IMG/VR virus record: IMGVR_UViG_3300048896_000171
Span: 1 to 47,216 of that record
From: a virus
Taxonomy: Duplodnaviria; Caudoviricetes
Reading direction: 5' to 3' (one strand)
Length of the DNA: 47,216 bases
The notes under the pieces were generated by a model. The model ran no database searches and was not told the DNA's origin. It worked only from the letters and a program-made list of their open reading frames with translations. The position numbers were made by a program, and so were the translations under genes. This document shows, piece after piece, positions 44,671-47,216 of the stretch (the first letter of the stretch is position 1; each line of letters opens with the position of its first letter).

Positions 44671-45891
44671 TTACCGCCGCAGTCGCCGCGTCAACACGAC
44701 GCGGTCGAGCTCTTTCCCTTGAATCGTGAAATGGTCCGGCTGGGCCTCCAGGAGCCGCCGGCTCCAGGCCCGCGACATAATGTCGTCGCGCTGCTCCTCG
44801 GTGGCGTTCGGGTAGCGGTTCTGGAACAGCGACCAGACCTCGGCCCGCATGTCGTCCATCGGCATCGGGACGCCGGCATTCCGCTCGAGGACGTCGATCA
44901 CCAGCCGCGTCGCGACCTCGCTCGGCCCCAGGTTCGACTGTTGCGCCAGGGCCCGGTCGAGCACCTTGCGGGCCCGCGTGGAATCGTACGGGACCCGCGC
45001 CACCGCCGCTTTGCGCTTCAAGGCCTCCATCGCGTCGATGGCATCGAATTTCCCGCCGGGCAGCTCGTCCAGGACGGTGTGGGCCAGCTTCAACAGGGCG
45101 CGGTCAGGGTCGGGCATCAGGTCGCCTGTGGAAAACTCGTCGGCGCGAGCCGACTGCTTTTGATCTACTGCTCTTCGCTCTTCTGCTCTCTCTGTACTGC
45201 TCTTAGTCTCCGGTAGTGCTCTTTCCTCTAGTAGCTCGGTTTCGTCGCTGCCTGGCTGAATTCGAACGGGCCGCCCAGCAAACGGGTCGTTTCGTTCGAC
45301 GGGTCGTTGGGCGTCTCGTTCGAACGACGGGGCAACGGGAGGGGCCAGCTCTCGGGCCCACCAGTCTTCGGCCTCTCGGACGTCGCGCCGTTGGGCCTCT
45401 CGTTCGGGCTCCGTTCGAACGGACCCGCTAACGAGCGAGTCGTCTCGTTCGGCGTCTCGTTCGACGTCTCGTTCGGCAGGTCGTTCGAACAGCCGGCCGA
45501 ACAGGCCGCCCCGCTTGGCCGCGCTCGCCTTGCCGGCGGCCGTGCGCTGGGCCCGCAGGGCGGACTCCGCGTCGGTCGCCTCGGTGAGCTGATGGCGGAG
45601 CAGGAGCATCCACGGGTCGACCAGGCCGCCCCCCTGCGCCGGCTGGAAGAACCCCTGGAGCTCCGCCCAGGCCTCGGCCCAGAGCTCGCGGTCGATACAC
45701 CGGGCAATCGTCGCCTGGGCGCGTGCGTCGACCGGCAGGGCCCGGCCCTGGTCCCAGGACCAGAGCAGGAGCCGGAGGTAGAACGTGGCCGCCGTCGGGC
45801 TCAGGTGGGCCGTGCGCCGGTCCCAGGCCACCGGGTCGAGGGGAAACGCGTTGCCGTCCATCATCGGCTTGGTCCTCCGCCGCCGGGCCAT
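44671..45891 (-). CDS. replication initiator, DUF1376/YdaU-like N-terminal domain
   Basis: FPLDP..W...TAHLS......Y.RLL..SW.....LP.D....A.IA pattern; internal iteron-like repeats as in lambda O-type genes. Confidence 0.8.
   Translation of the reverse strand: MARRRRTKPMMDGNAFPLDPVAWDRRTAHLSPTAATFYLRLLLWSWDQGRALPVDARAQATIARCIDRELWAEAWAELQGFFQPAQGGGLVDPWMLLLRHQLTEATDAESALRAQRTAAGKASAAKRGGLFGRLFERPAERDVERDAERDDSLVSGSVRTEPEREAQRRDVREAEDWWARELAPPVAPSFERDAQRPVERNDPFAGRPVRIQPGSDETELLEERALPETKSSTERAEERRAVDQKQSARADEFSTGDLMPDPDRALLKLAHTVLDELPGGKFDAIDAMEALKRKAAVARVPYDSTRARKVLDRALAQQSNLGPSEVATRLVIDVLERNAGVPMPMDDMRAEVWSLFQNRYPNATEEQRDDIMSRAWSRRLLEAQPDHFTIQGKELDRVVLTRRLRR
45155..45490. other. putative replication origin inside the initiator gene (iterons plus lower-GC strand-biased tract)
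   Basis: CGTCTCGTTCG(G/A) x3 tandem 45441-45476, further copies near 45312 and 45397, GTTCGAAC palindromes at 45318, 45413, 45483; pyrimidine-rich tract 45155-45243. Confidence 0.7.
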
Positions 45892-46113
45892 CTACTCGCC
45901 ATTGATCGCCGGGGTCTCCTGGGTCCAGGTCCCCGCTTTGATGTGCTTCGCCATCGACCGGAACGCCCGCCGGGCCACACGGCGCCGGCTGTACGGGTCT
46001 ACCGACTGGGCCAGGACGCGGCCGTTGACGACGAACTTCCACCCGTACAGTGGGGCCCCAGGTGTCCCCAGCGCGCGAAACGTCTCTAGGTGTGCGCGGT
46101 GTTTCTTGGGCAT
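45892..46113 (-). CDS. YegP/DUF1508-like small protein
   Basis: Y.WKF..NGRVLA.S...YS....A.RA pattern. Confidence 0.6.
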   Translation of the reverse strand: MPKKHRAHLETFRALGTPGAPLYGWKFVVNGRVLAQSVDPYSRRRVARRAFRSMAKHIKAGTWTQETPAINGE

Positions 46114-46529
46114 CAGAAGGGCTCCTCGGTCGGCGGTGCGGTCTCGAGCGTCGCCGGCGGCTCGGCCGGCGCCGGCTCCGCGTCATTCAGCCGGAGCGCC
46201 TCGTCAACGTCGACCTCTCGGATCGTCAGCGCCTTGTCGACGCCCGGCCAGGACGGCCGCGGCTCCATGGGAATCGGGCCGGGGATCTTTGGGCCGGGCA
46301 TCATCAGCGGCTTGAGGAAGGCCCGCAGCTCGGTTAGGGTCACGATTGCCCGCGGGAACTCGAGCGACCCGTCAGGCCCTTCCACGCGCCACGTCACTTG
46401 GATTGACGTCGTGTCGCCGGCGGCGTCGTGATCGAACTCCACCTGCGTCGCCCGGCCGCCGTCGCCGAAGGCGTGCGTGTGGAGCGTCGGCTGGCCGGAA
46501 ATCGCCGAGGAAACGGTGACGAAATACAT
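46113..46529 (-). CDS. hypothetical protein (138 aa), C-terminus EEPF
   Basis: TAATG/TGATG coupling. Confidence 0.75.
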   Translation of the reverse strand: MYFVTVSSAISGQPTLHTHAFGDGGRATQVEFDHDAAGDTTSIQVTWRVEGPDGSLEFPRAIVTLTELRAFLKPLMMPGPKIPGPIPMEPRPSWPGVDKALTIREVDVDEALRLNDAEPAPAEPPATLETAPPTEEPF

Positions 46530-46879
46530 TAGTGGGTCACCTCGTCGGCGGCCTTCTTCGCCTTCTTGGCCCGGCGCGGCTTTGCGGGCTTGTCGTCGGC
46601 CTGTTCGATGTCGCCGCCGCTCGTGGTCCGGACGCGCAGCTTGACGTCGCCCGGCACCAGGACCAGCTCCACCCCGCGATGCTTGTAGACCGTCCGCTCG
46701 TGGTGCTGCATGTGTTTCAGGGCGCGATTAATGGCCGCGGCCTCGTCGGCCCGGAGCTGATTCATCTGCTCCCGGATGTCGCCGATCGCGACGCAGTCCC
46801 GGTCGAGCGCCCCGAATCGGACGTCTTCCATCCCGGGCAGCTCCCGGTCGCTGGGGTTACTCGCTTTGCTTTTCGCCAT
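46529..46879 (-). CDS. hypothetical phage protein (116 aa)
   Basis: GAGGAG SD; ELPGME...coiled helix...Y...GVE......KLRV. Confidence 0.8.
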   Translation of the reverse strand: MAKSKASNPSDRELPGMEDVRFGALDRDCVAIGDIREQMNQLRADEAAAINRALKHMQHHERTVYKHRGVELVLVPGDVKLRVRTTSGGDIEQADDKPAKPRRAKKAKKAADEVTH

Positions 46880-47114
46880 CGCGTCGCTCCTCGGCCTCCA
46901 TGGCCTGTTCGTAGGTGTCGTCGTCCCACTGGGCGTCGCGCCCGCAGCGGGGGCATTTCCACAGGTCGTCGACCCGGCTGATTTGCCGGGTGTACTCCTC
47001 GCGCGTGAGATAGATCAGGCCCTCGCGCGGGCAGTTCACCGCCCAGGCCGTGGGCGTCGGGCTCTCCGCGCCGGCGTCGGGCGGAGGGTCGGGGATGATC
47101 CGGTCGTCGATCAT
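46857..47114 (-). CDS. Zn-ribbon protein (85 aa)
   Basis: CP..G..YLT.EEY..Q......W.CP.CG. Confidence 0.75.
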   Translation of the reverse strand: MIDDRIIPDPPPDAGAESPTPTAWAVNCPREGLIYLTREEYTRQISRVDDLWKCPRCGRDAQWDDDTYEQAMEAEERRDGEKQSE

Positions 47115-47216
47115 TGGCCGGCGGCCTTGGCGCGGTCGTCGTTCACGCGGTCGTAGATGCCCAGGGCCTGGGAGACCATCGCGGCCTCAATCTCCGCCGA
47201 CTGCTCGAGCGTCGCG
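47090..47216. repeat. 127-bp terminal direct repeat (right copy)
   Basis: Identical to 1-127. Confidence 0.97.

Noticed and set aside
45241-45490. Repeats as a CRISPR mini-array near the Cas4-like nuclease
   Set aside because: Units are 10-12 bp, tandem or irregularly spaced, without unique spacers, and lie in frame within a gene

Overview
This window is an apparently complete, circularly assembled, GC-rich tailed-phage genome of about 47.09 kb. Bases 1-127 are repeated exactly at 47090-47216, and the gene chain reads through the join. The + strand block (9419-35479) encodes the morphogenesis and lysis genes of a short-tailed, podovirus-like phage: TerS, TerL, portal, scaffold, major capsid, decoration paralogs, adaptor, nozzle-like proteins, tail fibre, internal/ejection proteins, a holin-like protein and an M15 endolysin. 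The - strand block (7669 to 1, then 47216 to 35488) carries the early and replication genes: DUF932, a SpoVG-like protein, many small Zn-finger ORFs, an SSB-like protein, a DUF1376/YdaU-like initiator with an internal iteron origin, a PD-(D/E)XK nuclease, RusA, two large orphan enzymes and an exported Ig+collagen protein. I recognised no integrase, DNA polymerase, helicase, tRNA or CRISPR array. The SpoVG-like protein hints at an Acidobacteriota (Vicinamibacteria-like) host; this is recall, not a search result. The most unusual signals are non-coding: (i) a ~404-nt multi-domain structured RNA candidate closed by a perfect 16-bp helix (560-963); (ii) three leader hairpins with different stems but the same CCUUCCA loop in front of early genes, plus two looser variants; (iii) a ~112-nt four-way-junction RNA candidate (38681-38792). 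At protein level, the capsid gene has a signal-peptide-like hydrophobic leader and all five putative ejection proteins share a short S-x-x-A-L-x-x-L-like motif. All family calls come from motif recognition by eye, not database searches.
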